Shown here one piece after another: positions 46,990-62,582 of a stretch of DNA of 64,000 bases. The translations under genes and the position numbers were made by a program. Source of the stretch: the human T2T-CHM13v2.0 reference genome, Homo sapiens; NCBI RefSeq assembly GCF_009914755.1, contig NC_060929.1; one strand, 5' to 3'. Below the pieces are notes generated by a model. That model saw nothing but the letters and a program-made list of their open reading frames with translations, ran no database searches and was not told where the DNA came from. The first letter of the stretch is position 1; the number at the start of each line of letters is the position of its first letter.

Positions 46990-48268
46990 TCATCATAGTC
47001 CTGATGCAGAAGTCAGCCCACGAAGCCCCCCTAGACATAGGGAGTAAGACCCTCATCATTTGTCAGCTGAACCCTGAGGCTCCACCCAGGGTTGGGCTGG
47101 CCTGTGAGGGCCTTGTGTGTCTAGTGCTCTTTGCACTGTAATTAAGGGCACTGTAGATTCTCCAGGCTTTCTCCAGAAGGGGAATGGCCGCCTTTCAAAG
47201 TGTGTTCTGAATGAGAAAATACCCCTGGATCAAGGGCGATTTGAGTGCACAAAGATGCACTGGGTTCTGTGGTGCTTACAAATGTGGAGACCTACAGGTA
47301 GGCCCTGGTTGCTGAAGCCCACAGTAATCAGCCGAAGCTAGGAAGAAGGGCTGGGGCCCAGTGCATCTGGGAAGGCCACCGCCTTGGATCCCCTTCCTCA
47401 TCTGGGCCACCATCCCGCATGATCGGCCTGAGACCTCCAAGTGGCTCACCAAGGAGGCAGCCATCCTCAGAAGAGTCAGGGGATAAAAGGAGTGCTCATC
47501 TTTGACATCACTCTCTACCAGAGACCCGCCTCAACTGCATCATCTGCTTCTGCCCCACCTGCCACAAACCCACCATCTGGAGCAACGCTAGACCACATCC
47601 AAGGAAGACAAGACCCCAGCCCTGGGCCCTGGAAGGTCTCTGCTATCATCTGCCCCACGCTCTACAAAAGAGTGACGAGTCTTCCCCCATCATTCCCACA
47701 CTCTCCCTGAGGAGTCCCTGGTAGATGCCAAGGGGACGTCGGTTCAATATGGGCCAAAAAGTGGCAACCACAGAGCTCTGGGGTCCAGCCCATCTTGCTG
47801 AGTTTGGATTTATTACCTGGGCTACAAAGGGTTAAGTCAAATGCCTTCAAATGCCTATATCCCTGAGGGAAGGAAGAGGAAGAAGCGAAAGGCTCTCCTA
47901 AAATTTATTTTTGTAAGAAAAAGAAAAGGTAAAAAGAACTGTTCACTGACCAAAGCTGACCCCTTCCCACAGGGGTGCTGCAGGGGACCCCAACCCACAC
48001 GTCAATCTGATTGGGCCAGAAAGCCTTTCCTGAATGTTTCAGACCCACCCCAATCCCAAACCATTTATGGCCCAGAGACAATGGAGTTATTTTAAATAAA
48101 CCCGATTTTATTTATGGAGATGGCCACTCCTTCTGGAACTATCCCGTGCAGCTATCCTTGTCCCTGAGGATCTCACTAGGCGGGCAGCCAGAGAAAGCTG
48201 CTAGGGAGCTGCAGCTCCAACTGAAAATTATCTCCAGCAAATCGTTTCATGGGTCTCTCAGTACCTGC

Positions 48269-48609
<341 letters not shown>

Positions 48610-49279
48610 TAAGCCCCCAGATCCCTGCATACTGGCAACACCTGTGCTTGGGGTGCGATTCATTTGCGTGGGATCCATTCCTGCCATCTCAGAGCAGCGG
48701 TTCTCAGATGCACGTGCATATCCTGGTGTATCTCATTCATTGAGAAGCGGGCCTGCAAAAGATTAACTAATAATAAAGCGCTCAAGTCTGTGGCCGACTT
48801 GACTCATGCAATGAGCAGATTCAAGATGATCCGCCTATCAGTGTCACTTTGTATTCTGATAAGCCTTCGTGAATGGAACGAGCTCTGCCATGGCCTGGGA
48901 CATTCTGTATTATCTTCCAGCCTCACGCCTCATGCCTCCCTTCTCAGTTCTTACCTTGGCCCCTCCCTCTTTCCTGTCAAGGTCTTTGCACTTGCAGAGC
49001 CTTTTGCTGGAGACCTCTTTTCGAGGCCTTTGTGTTGCTCTATTTCCTTCTTTGGAACTCAGCTCAAAAATGGAAATTTTCCAGGTACTGACTTAGAGGG
49101 GTCTTAAGAGAGCTTTTGGGGAAGGGAGGTGAGAAGTTGGAAATAGCTTGTTCTTTGATCTACATGGAGGTTTCAGAGTGTGCACATAAGCAAAAATTAT
49201 TCACTGAGTTGTCAACTTAAAATCTGGAGAGTCACTGTATGTAAGTAAACCTAAAAACACAAACTTAAAAAAAGAAACA

Positions 49280-49532
49280 AATTTCCACCTCTTCCCTGTC
49301 TCCTGTTATTCCTATTACTGTCAACCATGGCATGTTCATTTCTATCCTGGCATAATATTATATTATTTGCTTGTATATTTGTAAATTGTATCTCCTGCTA
49401 GAATGTAAGCTGCATGAGGACAGATACTCTGTCTTGTCCACTGCTGCATCTTTCAGAGAATAGCATAGTGCCTGTTACACAGTAGATACTTTAAAAAGAA
49501 GTGAATAAATAGATGGTTGGATGAATAAAAAG
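49280..49532 (+). mobile_element. L2 3' end
   Basis: ctagaatgtaagctgcatgaggacag...tgaataaatagatggttggatgaataaa. Confidence 0.85.
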
Positions 49533-49539
49533 GTTTGGA

Positions 49540-49545
49540 TTTAAT
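49540..49545 (-). terminator. C1QTNF2: Probable C1QTNF2 polyadenylation signal (ATTAAA)
   Basis: About 150 nt 3' of the stop codon, followed by a U-rich tract. Confidence 0.55.
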
Positions 49546-49692
49546 GAAGGGGAAAAAAAGAGGCGGAGGAGGTGAGCCTGAGGCTAGAACCGCTCACTCG
49601 ACCCCCCACCCCCAGCCTACAGTTGTGGGGTCTTGCTCTGTAAGCCCAAGTCCAGAAGCTTGTTCCCTGCCTGGAGGACCGCCGTGGCATGT

Positions 49693-50306
49693 CTATACCT
49701 CGTTGGGGTCATCCTGGTCGGCATAGATTAGGAAGCCCGTAAAGAGGCTGTCTGTCCAGTAAGGGTCATAGAAGAGCCCGTTCTGCTCTGAGTAGAAGAT
49801 CTGCAGCCAAACTTCGTCACCCTGCTTGAGAGCCAGGATGGTGGAGCCTGAGGCCACATCGTGGTTGCCGGTGTTGGCATCAAAGGTCCGGATGCGGTAC
49901 TGGCCGTTGTGCACCAGGCCGATGGCCAGGTGCTTGTTGGCCAGCGTGATGTCGTAGGTGAAGTAGTAGATCCCAGGCACGCCGCAGACGAACTTGCCGC
50001 TGGAAGCATTGTAGTGGCCACCCTCGTTCATCAGAATCTTGTCAAACTTGATGGGCAGCCGCTCCCGTGGGTAGCTCTTGGTCACTGCCACCGAGAAAGC
50101 TGACTTGGTATGGCCACTGCCACAGCTGCAGGGGCCTGGGAGGCCTGGCTCCCCTTTCTTGCCCTTGGGCCCCTTCTTGCCTGGTGTGCCATGCTTCCCG
50201 GGGGTACCGTTGACCCCCTTGGGGCCACGGGGGCCAGCCCGCCCAATGGCCCCGGCTTTGCCCTTTGGTCCTGGCTTTCCCCGGTTACCTGTCCGGCCAG
50301 GTGGAC
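49693..50306 (-). CDS. C1QTNF2: C1q/TNF-related protein 2 (CTRP2), last coding exon: second half of the collagen domain plus the globular C1q domain
   Basis: Acceptor ctgtcttccag|GT; [15 protein letters not shown]...GPCSC; [48 protein letters not shown]...[16 protein letters not shown] then TAG; 614 nt. Confidence 0.98.
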
Positions 50307-50699
50307 CTGGAAGACAGAGCAGCTGGTGTTATGGAGGGTCCTCACAGACCTAGGCAGAGGGGTGCGGTGCGGCTTGGTCTTCCAATCTTGGAGAAGGAGT
50401 GCTTGGGTAATAGAAAGAACAAGAAGGCTTTGCAGACATATAGAAGTGGGTGTAAATCCTAATGCTAGCTCTCTGGAAAATGGAAATGATGATACTTACC
50501 TTCAAGAATCACTGTGGATCAGGGCAAAAAGAATAACTTGTAACAGTTCACACCCTTTCCTTTTCCTGCCTTCTAAGGAAGGGTCTGGTCTGTCTGCCAG
50601 CTCAATCCTTCCATGGGCTGCGCTGGTAATGGGTTGAGAAGAGAACTGGAAAAAGCCTCTTGATTTCAACACGTTGATCTTAGTAAAATCCCTGCCTAG

Positions 50700-51240
<541 letters not shown>

Positions 51241-51274
51241 TAGAAAAACAAAAGGAATGGAATCCACAATGCCA

Positions 51275-51574
<300 letters not shown>

Positions 51575-51669
51575 CACAGTGCTAAATATTTCTACACCCA
51601 TTTAAACGCATAGAAGAGTGCTTGGCCTATAGCAAACATTCCTAAATACTAGCTGGCATTCCCTGCAGA

Positions 51670-52120
51670 ACAATTCCCCCAGTTGTGTTTTCCTTTAGAA
51701 GGCTTTTTGATGTTTCATACTCCAATGTTTCATAAAATGCACATTTCTCTCAATCCAACATTTTTGGCTACTGATTGCATAAAATCAATTTAGTTTATGT
51801 CCCCTCAACTCAATACAACATTTTAAGCAAAACCTATATGGATAATGACTTGAGTTCACTCGACACAAGGTTGTTAGAACCATATGAACTGGGTCAAGGA
51901 AGTAAAGTTTTAGGCATTTTACATCCTAACAAGTTACTTTGTTTCTTATACATTTGTATGTAGGCATTTCACTGTGTTTTAGAGTTTTGAGTTAATCTGT
52001 AATGCATCTGAATTTTTCCTATTTTACATAATTCGGAAATAGGTTTCCAAATTGCATTTTGTTACTGAACACTTGATTTTCAGGAACAGAGTGCTTATGT
52101 TAAGTGCCTGACAATGCCTG
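51670..52120. mobile_element. Possible ancient Tigger-type DNA transposon relic
   Basis: AT-rich segment ending ttgattttcaggaacag...tatgttaagtg...tgcctg; weak recalled similarity only. Confidence 0.3.
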
Positions 52121-52434
52121 GTATTATTAAATACATATGTAAATATATAGAAAAAGGCCAGGAAAGATACATACCTAACCAATTAATAGTGGTTACCTCT
52201 GGAGGGTGAGGGAAGGATGAGAAGGGGTAGTAAGTAAGGAGGACTTTTGCTTTATGTGTATTGTTTGAATATATTATAATGAGACTGTATTTGTATATTA
52301 CTCATATAATTAAAAATAAACAAAAAGAATGGGAAAAAATAAAACTCAGAAAAGTCACAAAGCTATTTCTTGAAAAAATGAAAATAAACAAAAGGTGGGA
52401 AAAGGGGCCAAGAGAAGAGGAATAGAGACAGAAT

Positions 52435-52731
52435 CTTTTTTTTTTTTTTTTTAAAGATAGAGTCTCACGCTGTTACGCAGGCTGGAGTGCAGTGGCGCGA
52501 TCATAGCTCACTGTAACCTCAAACTCTTGGGCTTGAGTAATCTTCCTGCCTCAGCCTCCTGAGTAGCTGGGACTTCAGGCACACACCACCACACTTAGTT
52601 AATTTTAAAATTTTTTGTAGAAATGGTGTCTCCCTATGTTGCCCAGTCTGGTCTCAAACTCCTGGCCTCCCAGTACTCTTGCCTTGGCCTCCCAAACTGC
52701 TGAAATTACAGGCATGAGCCACCACGCAGCC
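52435..52731 (-). mobile_element. AluJ
   Basis: Antisense Alu. Confidence 0.9.
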
Positions 52732-53339
52732 TCCAAGTCATTTTGACTTGGGGTTTTTGGCGGGAGACAAATAGATAAAAAAGCTTACCAGGAGGTCCTA
52801 CCATGTATTATATAATGTGCTTTCCTCTTCTTTACCTTTTTTGAGAGACTTTGGGAAAAGCTGACTTTACTCTTGAAAGACTTTTCTGGAGGTGAATTTG
52901 TATGTGTGGTGATGGCGGGTGGTTGGATGTTATCCTGAATTGGCCCCAGGGTGACAAGCTTTGTTTGAGTTACATGCGCTGGGACTCTCCCAACACTGCC
53001 TTCCTTGGTGTGGTGGCTTCCTTCTCTGCAGAGACTCAACACACAGCAGAACAGATGGCCAAAGGCAGCCCCAGTACATGGTAGAACTTCCTGGTAAGCT
53101 TTATCTATTTGGGGAAGTCAACAGCAGAGACTCTGTCCCTCAGGATCCATAGGCAAATCTCAGGGAAAACTCTAGCTGGCCTGCTTGGAGCACATGTCCA
53201 GACCTGAGTCTGCCGCCGTGGTCAGGAAATTGGATATCATGATACCAGTGCCCAGCACGCTGGAAGACCCACCCCAGTTAAAGCTATGATAGTTACTTTT
53301 ATACTAATCTCCTGGGGAGGAGGTACCTTTGAAGGAATT

Positions 53340-53780
53340 AGTTTGGTGTGGTAGGAAAAGACCTGGATTTGGAGTCAGCTATCTGCATGCTATGTGAGCT
53401 CAATAAGTCAATTACAGGGTGCCTAACATTTATTGTATGTCTATGCTGAGACTGGTCCTTCATACATTGTTTTATTTCATCTTTACCACAACCTTGTGAG
53501 ACAGGTGCTATTATTATCCATATTTTAGAGATGAGGAAACCATGGTTTGGAGAGAAGTTAAGTAGTTTGTCAAAATCAGTGTCCAGGTTTGTTTCCAAAG
53601 TTCACGTTCTTGCGAGGATGACATTTTGCTATCAACTGAATCACTCTGACTCTCAGTATCCTCATCTGTAACATGGGGAAAATAAGAATCCCTCCGGCAC
53701 ACGATATGGATGGTCAGATGGGCAACATGTTCAAAAGTGCTTTGTCAATATTAAAATGCCATACAAATAAAAATTATTAT
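53340..53780. mobile_element. Nested MIR fragments in both orientations
   Basis: ccatattttagagatgaggaaac (-) inside ctcagtatcctcatctgtaacatgggg (+). Confidence 0.7.
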
Positions 53781-53851
53781 ATTTCTCTACTGCTTAAAAT
53801 GTAGGCTTAGGGATGCTGCTGACACTGAAAAGTGCTTGGTTGCTGGGGTGA

Positions 53852-54702
<851 letters not shown>

Positions 54703-54804
54703 TTTTGGGAGACTTTTCCAAAGTCACTTAGCAACCCAAAGGTGCACCGGGGGCAGGAACACAAAATTCAATACCCATGTTCCTTTCAGAATAAACTGCT
54801 CTGA

Positions 54805-55130
<326 letters not shown>

Positions 55131-55266
55131 ATAGATTTATAAGTAAATAGTAATTTGATTTATAATGAAGAGGATTAATACTAGTTTTATTAACTTCATG
55201 ATGCCCCCCACATGCCGGATGCTGTCAGCCAGGTGGGAACGAGAGTGGCACGTATAGGCCTCTTAC

Positions 55267-55510
55267 CTTCCTCTCCGCTGTCCCCCCGGTCGCCGTCGTG
55301 TCCATCTTGGCCGTCTTTGCCAGGAAAGCCCATTCGTCCCATCATTCCTGAGGGCCCTGGGGCTCCTGGGGGGCCGGGTGGGCCCTGGGGGCCAGGCAGG
55401 CTGCAGACCAGTTGAGGGGAGCCTTTCCGGAAGTCCCTGCGAGCAAAGGCGCCAAGCAGTGGGTCAGCAGCACAGGGGAGGGCACAGGCCAGGAGCACCC
55501 AGGGGATCAT
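55267..55510 (-). CDS. C1QTNF2: C1QTNF2 (CTRP2) first coding exon: signal peptide, Cys and start of the collagen domain (exon 55267-55519)
   Basis: CCACCATG; [46 protein letters not shown]...GEE; donor G|GTAAGA, phase 1; 244+614=858 nt = 285 aa + stop; 34 uninterrupted Gly-X-Y triplets across the junction. Confidence 0.98.
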
Positions 55511-56059
55511 GGTGGTTACCTGTGGGAGGCAAGAGAGCTGTGACAGGTGAGTGTGGCCACCAAGCTGACCTGGGGCTGGTCAGAGGGGATGCACAGGAGG
55601 AGGCAGCTGGGATACACTCAGTTGGATTTCTGTCTCTTGCTCTTTCCTGCATCACATACAAGTAGACGTGATGTGGACAGAGTCGTCATATCTTGAGGAC
55701 ATATTTGGGTGAGTGGAGTCATTACCCAGAATACACTTCGAAGGGGTCTCGGGGGTGAGGCATTCATCATCAGACCATCATCTTCCAGAGTGGCTGAAAT
55801 GGATGCAGAACTTATGACCCAGAGACTGATGACTGGGAGGAGCTGTGAATGGAGAGAAATGATCCATGGTTTCATCCAAATCTGTGGCATGAATAGAAAG
55901 TTACAGTTCTACAAGGGTAATGTTTGAATTGTAGGTGACTTTGCAACTAGTCTGCTTCTCATGGGAGACTCAGGGTTGCACATGAGGAGGGCTGAGGATT
56001 CAGTTACTGAGTGGAGGTCAACCATCACCTGAGTGACCCTGGCAGGCCGTGGTAGCAGC

Positions 56060-56490
56060 TCCTCCCCCAAGCGCTTCCTGTGCGCCAGGCATGTGCTAAG
56101 AGCTTTCCATTCATTACTTGATCTTCACAATAACCTTATAGAATAGATACAGGAGAAGAAGCGGAGGCTCAGAGAAGTTGAGCAATGTGTCTACATCACG
56201 CTTTTCCAACCCGGGGCCTGTGGGCCACATGCACCCCAGGATGGCTTTGAATGCAGCCCAACACAAGTTTTGTAAACTTTCTTAAAACATCATGAGATAT
56301 TTCTTGCGATTTTTTTTAAGCTCATCACCTATCGTTAGTGTATTTTATGTGTGGCCCAAGACAATTCTTCTTCCAATGTGGCACAGGGAAGCCAAAAGAT
56401 TGGACACTCCTGGTCTACATCATGCGATGAGTAGATGGCAGGGCTAAGGTTTGAACCAGGCCGTCCAGATCCAAAGCCTGTGCCCTCCTG
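56060..56490 (-). mobile_element. MIR interrupted by MER30
   Basis: gtgccaggcatgtgctaagagcttt-like start...ggaggctcagagaagttgagcaa | ggtttgaaccagg. Confidence 0.7.
56197..56412. mobile_element. MER30-type hAT-Charlie MITE
   Basis: Perfect 8-bp TSD gtctacat (56189-56196 / 56413-56420); ends aaagattggacactcctg. Confidence 0.9.
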
Positions 56491-56846
56491 TCCCAGGCTA
56501 GACCGTGTCCTTAAGGCTGATGGCAGCAATAGCACGATCCCACTGGAGATCAGTGTGCTATGCACCTGGAGGTATCTACTCCCTGCCCTCACTATGCATA
56601 CGCAGAAACTGAGACCCAGAGCAGAAATAAGCAACTTGCCCAAGATCTCTCAACAAATCAGTTCCTTTGCTTTGTAATTAACAGCCTCTCTCTCAAGAAT
56701 GAAACCAGGAGGGGGAACATCCCAGGCATGACTTCCTGCCATGGCGATTAACTATAAAATGGCAACTTGCTTTGTGACCTTAGGCAAACCCTTTTCCCTC
56801 TCTGGGCCTCAGTTTCCTCACCTGAACAACAGGGGCTGGGCTAGAG

Positions 56847-57035
56847 CAGTGGTTCCTAAACTTCAGTGCGCATCACACTCACCTCGAGGGCTTGTTAGCA
56901 CACAGGTTGTTGGGCCTTATCCCCAAAGTTTCTGATTCATTAGTTCTGGGGTGAAGCTGGACCATTTGCATTTCTAATAAGTTTCCAAGGGATGCTGCTG
57001 ATGGTGGTCCAGAGACCTTGTTTTGGGAACCACTA
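56847..57035. mobile_element. MER5A inserted in a MIR
   Basis: cagtggttcct...tttgcatttctaa...gggaaccacta. Confidence 0.85.
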
Positions 57036-58237
57036 GAGTAGATGGTCTCTAGGGTCTCTTCTAGCTCCAATGCTGAGCCTTTCAGACTTCAATCTGTTCT
57101 CTTTCCAGATACAAAGCACTGTGGGCTTTGTAGTCCTCACTCAGCCTGTGGCTATCCAATCAGAGCGTTTAAGTATTAGGGGGATCCTCGGCAGCTGTGG
57201 TCCTGGTTGCACAGCAGTGGCATTACTCAGGCATTGACCTTTGGAACTCATTTTTCCTTCTGGGCTTTCAATCCCCTTTCCCTTCAGACTCTGCTTGGCC
57301 CCTGGCTCTTGGAGCCTGTCCAGGCTTTTCGGCTGCCTCTGGCTGTTCCCCTCAGAAACAGGCTGACCATACCTCTCCTCCTGCCCCCTCCAGGATCTTT
57401 AACCCTGGAAACAGATGCTGAGGGGAAGGCCTAGACTTGCAGAGAAAGGAAAATGTTCATTGCCCACATCCCAGCAGTGTGACAATCACAGGGCCCAAAA
57501 TGGTTACTCCCAAAGAGCCTGCAAAAGGCCCCCATGGAAAAGACAGCTTTAAATGTCTGCCAGGCACAGAGACACAGAGCAGTCTAGGCCCGCCCCAGTC
57601 GTGAAACATCTAGAAATCCTCCTCCTGTCCCTGTACCTCCCCTCCCTTCAACTTGGAAACAGGTGAGCTGACAAGGGGAGCAGATGGCCTTGCCCGTTTC
57701 ACACCTTCACTGGGGGAGCAGGAAGAAATCTCACCTTCGAATGGAAATTGAGGTGTGGGTTGCCTGGGAGTGGAGACTTCAACCAGGGGGAGGAGGAGCT
57801 CCCCTCACTGACTAAATTATAAGTAGGGAGGGGTAGGCAAAAATAAGGATGCAGTTTGATTGTATTTCTGATGTCACACTTGCTCAACCTAGGTTGGATA
57901 AATAATAGTAGAGATGGTAGGCAGGTACGGCAAACATCATGGAAATGTTACATGAATGACAGGTGCTTTTGGAAAACTATGGCCTAGACACTCCCCAGGC
58001 CCTGTGAATCACCATTTCTTTCCCTGTCTACGTTAGGAGAGTCTTGGAAAACTGGTTGGCCTTATTTGTGAGCTGCAGCACATCTGGGACCCCCAGAATA
58101 GAAACTGAATTTTTAAAGCAGGTTCGAAATGATTTGGAAAGTTGCAGTCTACAACCATTTTGCAGTAGGGAGAGAAGGAGGGAGGAAGTGGAAGCGAGTC
58201 TTCGAGGCAGATGAGAATCCTGCAAACAGCTAGCTGA

Positions 58238-58414
58238 AGACAGGCAGAAAAGAGAGCCAGCCGGACGAGAGAGAGGGAGAGAGACTGGCAGAAAAGAGAG
58301 CCAGCCGGACGAGAGAGAGGGAGAGAGACTGGCAGAAAAGAGAGCCAGCCGGACGAGAGAGAGGGAGAGAGACAGGCAGAAAAGAGAGCCAGCCGGACGA
58401 GAGAGAGGGAGAGA
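58238..58414. repeat. 44-bp minisatellite, 4 copies
   Basis: AGAC(A/T)GGCAGAAAAGAGAGCCAGCCGGACGAGAGAGAGGGAGAG; ggcag at 58243, 58287, 58331, 58375. Confidence 0.97.
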
Positions 58415-58955
58415 AAGGGAACCATCTGTCACAGCTGACAACTCCCCTCTCTCTTCTGACCTCCATGCCCAGCCACACAGGCTCCACAAGAGGAAGGCGG
58501 ATTTGCTCTCTTGCCCACAATGGCCTTGCACCAGCTTCTCTGGACAAAGAGGGAATGCCTGTCTGCGAAAGCTGGTTTGGGGCAGGCCCCAGTGCCTGGG
58601 TGGAAGGGTGTGTGTCTGAGACACACAGGGAGGAAGCGTTTTCTGAACTGGAGCCTGAAGCTCCTGGAGTCCCAGAGGAGTCTTGGGAGCTAGAGCCAGG
58701 AACTGTTTTGGAAATAAAGGCGGGGAGACTAGATTCTAGTTCCAAACCTAGAGGAAGGGAGGGAGAGGAGAGTCTCCTTGCCTCCACAACACCTCCAAGA
58801 AAAACAAGGCTCCAAATAGCCCTGCTCCCAGCTTGTGCCCTGCCCCACCCTCACCCCACTCTCTACACAAGGGTGTCGAGAAAGCCTGGGGGGCAGGGTG
58901 CTTAGAGGGGCACTAAAGCCCCAAGGAATCCAGGCAGATTAACTCTTCCAGGGCC

Positions 58956-59131
58956 TTTCTTTAATTTTTTTTTTCTTTTTAGGGATGGGGGTCTTGCTCT
59001 GTTGCCCAGGCTGGAGTGCGTGGTGCAAGAGCTTACTACAGCCTTGAACTCTTGGGCTCAAGTGATCCTCCTGCCTCAGCCTTCTGTCCCAAGTAGGTGG
59101 ACCTACAGGAGTGTGCCACCACTCTCAGCTA
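58956..59131 (-). mobile_element. Alu right monomer (FRAM/AluJ)
   Basis: Antisense single arm. Confidence 0.8.
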
Positions 59132-59239
59132 GCACCTTTTAAATACATTTAGAATCAAGAACTTGGGGAGGGCCTCAAGGAACCATCTAATCCAACCTCT
59201 TCAGTTACAGATGGGGAAACCAAGGCAGAAGCAAACTGA

Positions 59240-59572
<333 letters not shown>

Positions 59573-60339
59573 TGCTGCATTGTTTTATACAAAGCTTACT
59601 AGAGCCCTATGAAGCTTACCTGAGCCCTTATTGTCCCATTTTTTTTTTCAGAGGAAAAAACAGATACTCCAAGAAGTGAAGTTATTTACCCAGAGTCACA
59701 CAATCAGGGATTAATGGAGATGGCATCCAAACCCATGTCTGTGTGCCTCTGAAAACTATGCTTAATCCATGCCACCTTGCTTCCTGCCCCTGCTATTTTC
59801 CCCCCATTTTATAAAAGACATTGAAACTTGGAGAGGCTAATTTACTTATGTTTACACAAGTAGTTAGTGGCAGAAGTTATATTTGAACTTGGGTTTGGCT
59901 GATCCTAGTACCCAAATGCTTTCCATTATGTCAGCATTTCTTATATTTTTCCCCCTAAATATTCCACATTACAGAAAAGACCTTGAAGCATATGCCAAAA
60001 CCACACACAGCCATAGAGAAATCTCTCTGATGCCCTGTATTTTATTTTACAATTTTTACACACACAGTACATGACTTTGAAAATGTACAAGTGATGCTTT
60101 TTCTCTCTCTTGCGGTGCTGGAGTAAATCAATGCTTGAGCAAAACCTCCTGTCCTTTGAGAGGCCCACACTTGGATTAGACAAGGTGATGAGAGGCGTGG
60201 AGGGGACAGCCTCCTGGGCCCTGGGTCCCCACCATAAGCCCCTCTGGTGTGTTAATGGGGGAGTTTCCAAGGCCTGAACCAAAAGATCAGGGTGTCACTC
60301 CCCAAGACCCTCCAATAGGTGCTGGCTTAAAATAGCAAA

Positions 60340-60820
60340 CATCAGAACCCAGGCCATGGCTTACAATGCCCCAGTTGAGCTGGCTCTAGCCCCTGCCCCA
60401 GCCTCAGCTCCTCCCTGGCTCCCTCGGCTCCTCTGGCCCAGCACCCACCCCCCCTACCTTTTCTAGGCCAAGCTCCATTCAGCCCCAAGGCACCAGCCAC
60501 TCCACCAGTAACCTCACGGCTCCACCCTCTTGGTTTGCTGGCTCTTTATCTGCTGTATTTCAGTTTAAATGTCACTTCCTCCAGGCATTCCCTGACGTGC
60601 CCTCTCAGCCAGCGCCCGCTTTCTGCAAGCTCCCTTTTCCCAGCTCTTTGTTTCTTTTCCAGCACTTGAAACCACTCACCCATATTCACTTTACTTGGTT
60701 GCCTCCCCCATGTGTCTCCACTAAAATGTAAGCTCCATGAGTACAGGACCCCAGCTGGCCACCTGGCTTCAAACTTCCTCACACACAGTGAATGTTCAAG
60801 AAATATTTGCTTAATTAGTA
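60340..60820 (+). mobile_element. L2 3' region
   Basis: tttaaatgtcacttcctccagg; ccactaaaatgtaagctccatgag; aaatatttgc. Confidence 0.75.
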
Positions 60821-61289
60821 AGTGTTGGAGACGCAGACTCTGCCCTCAAGAAAATCCACAGCGAAGAGAAAACCAGACAGTGGCTGAAATCCAGAAGAGA
60901 GAGCACTGACACCCCTTGATACAAATCTGTTCTTTTTTCCTCTGCTTTTCTAACCCGAATCAGATCAAATCCCTCCTTGCTTTTGACCCCTTACAGTATA
61001 GGGGCTAGGTTGTTCCCTCTCTGGCCCCTAGGGTGGGGCCAGCCTTGCAGAATGCCTTAGATAGAGTAGGTGCTCCATAGAGAGCTGTCCAATTAACCAG
61101 AAGAGAGGTAAGTATTAGTCCTTTCTCACCTGTAAAAAAACAATCTGAGTTCCTAAATTGTCCTTTCTGGGGGTGGGAAGGTGTTAGTTTAATATGGAAG
61201 CCTTCATTAGAGCCTTCCTACTAAAGGGATAAAAAATATTAGTTGGTTAAACCCCAGAAATGGAATTGTGGGTTGATAAACTTGGATGA

Positions 61290-61587
<298 letters not shown>

Positions 61588-62229
61588 GAACTTGGATGAG
61601 TTCTTAAGTCTGGCTTTCAGCTGCCCAGTCCCTGGGCTTCTCATCTCTCTGTTAAGTAGCTAATGATTCATCAATACACATGTTCTAGAAAAGCGCTAGG
61701 AGCTAAAGTGCCACAGGCTGGGTCTACTGTCAGGGAAGTCTTCCTCCTGGCCCACAGGACATGGCCCTCTGGTTTATTCCCAAGGGCCCTCTGCCCAGAC
61801 TGTGATGTGAGAGGTGCCAAAAGTGGGGACGTGGGCCTCTCATTGATCCTTCCTGAATGTGTCTGCTAGTAGTAGAAGCTCCAGGAATACTTGTCTTGAG
61901 CAAGCCTACTAGGCCTGGGTGCTGAACAGTCTCCCGTTGCAGATTGGAAGATGTAAATTATGCTCAAATAAATCTGGCCTGTTGGTTATCAGGTTTTGAC
62001 ACACTGACAGATAGGAGTGGCATTTAACTCCGTGGTTAAGAGCCATGGAACACCCAGCACTTGATTCCCTCAACTATGCAATGAAAATAATAGTATACCT
62101 ACCTCAGGGAGTTTGTGTGAGAAGTGAGTGAAGGAATGCATTCAAAGATTCTATTTAGCCCAGTGTTTGACACTGTAAACGCTCCACGGTTGGAAAGAAC
62201 TGTGCCTAAAATGCCCCCAGTCCTTAACC

Positions 62230-62570
62230 TCCTCTGGGAAGCCCTCAGGTAGCTGCCAGCCTCATCCTTCAAGTCTCAGGTCTCATATCATCTCCTCAGA
62301 GAGACCTGCCCTGATCACGTGATCCAAAGCATTGCACCCATCCTGCATATGCTCTTATCCCATCCTGTTCTTTCAAGGCACCTGGCCCAATTTGTGATTA
62401 TGTATTTGTTTGTTTCTTGACTTGTTAACTCTCTGGCTCTTTCCCTGGAATGGAAGGTCCAGGAACGTATGGGCCCTGCATGTTGCTCTCAGCTGGGCTG
62501 CTGGAGCCTAGCGCAGCACTGCATAGAGTAAGTGCTCAACACGCAGCTGTTGAATAACCTTGAATGAACT
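62230..62570 (+). mobile_element. L2 3' region
   Basis: tccttcaagtctcagg...ctcctcagagagacct; gtgctcaacac...tgttgaat. Confidence 0.7.
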
Positions 62571-62582
62571 GGCCGCCCTTAT

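Noticed and set aside
58028-58787. 44-bp repeat as a CRISPR array or a coding repeat
   Set aside because: Head-to-tail units without spacers, no cas genes, eukaryotic context; unit length is not a multiple of 3, so the ORFs just cycle through frames
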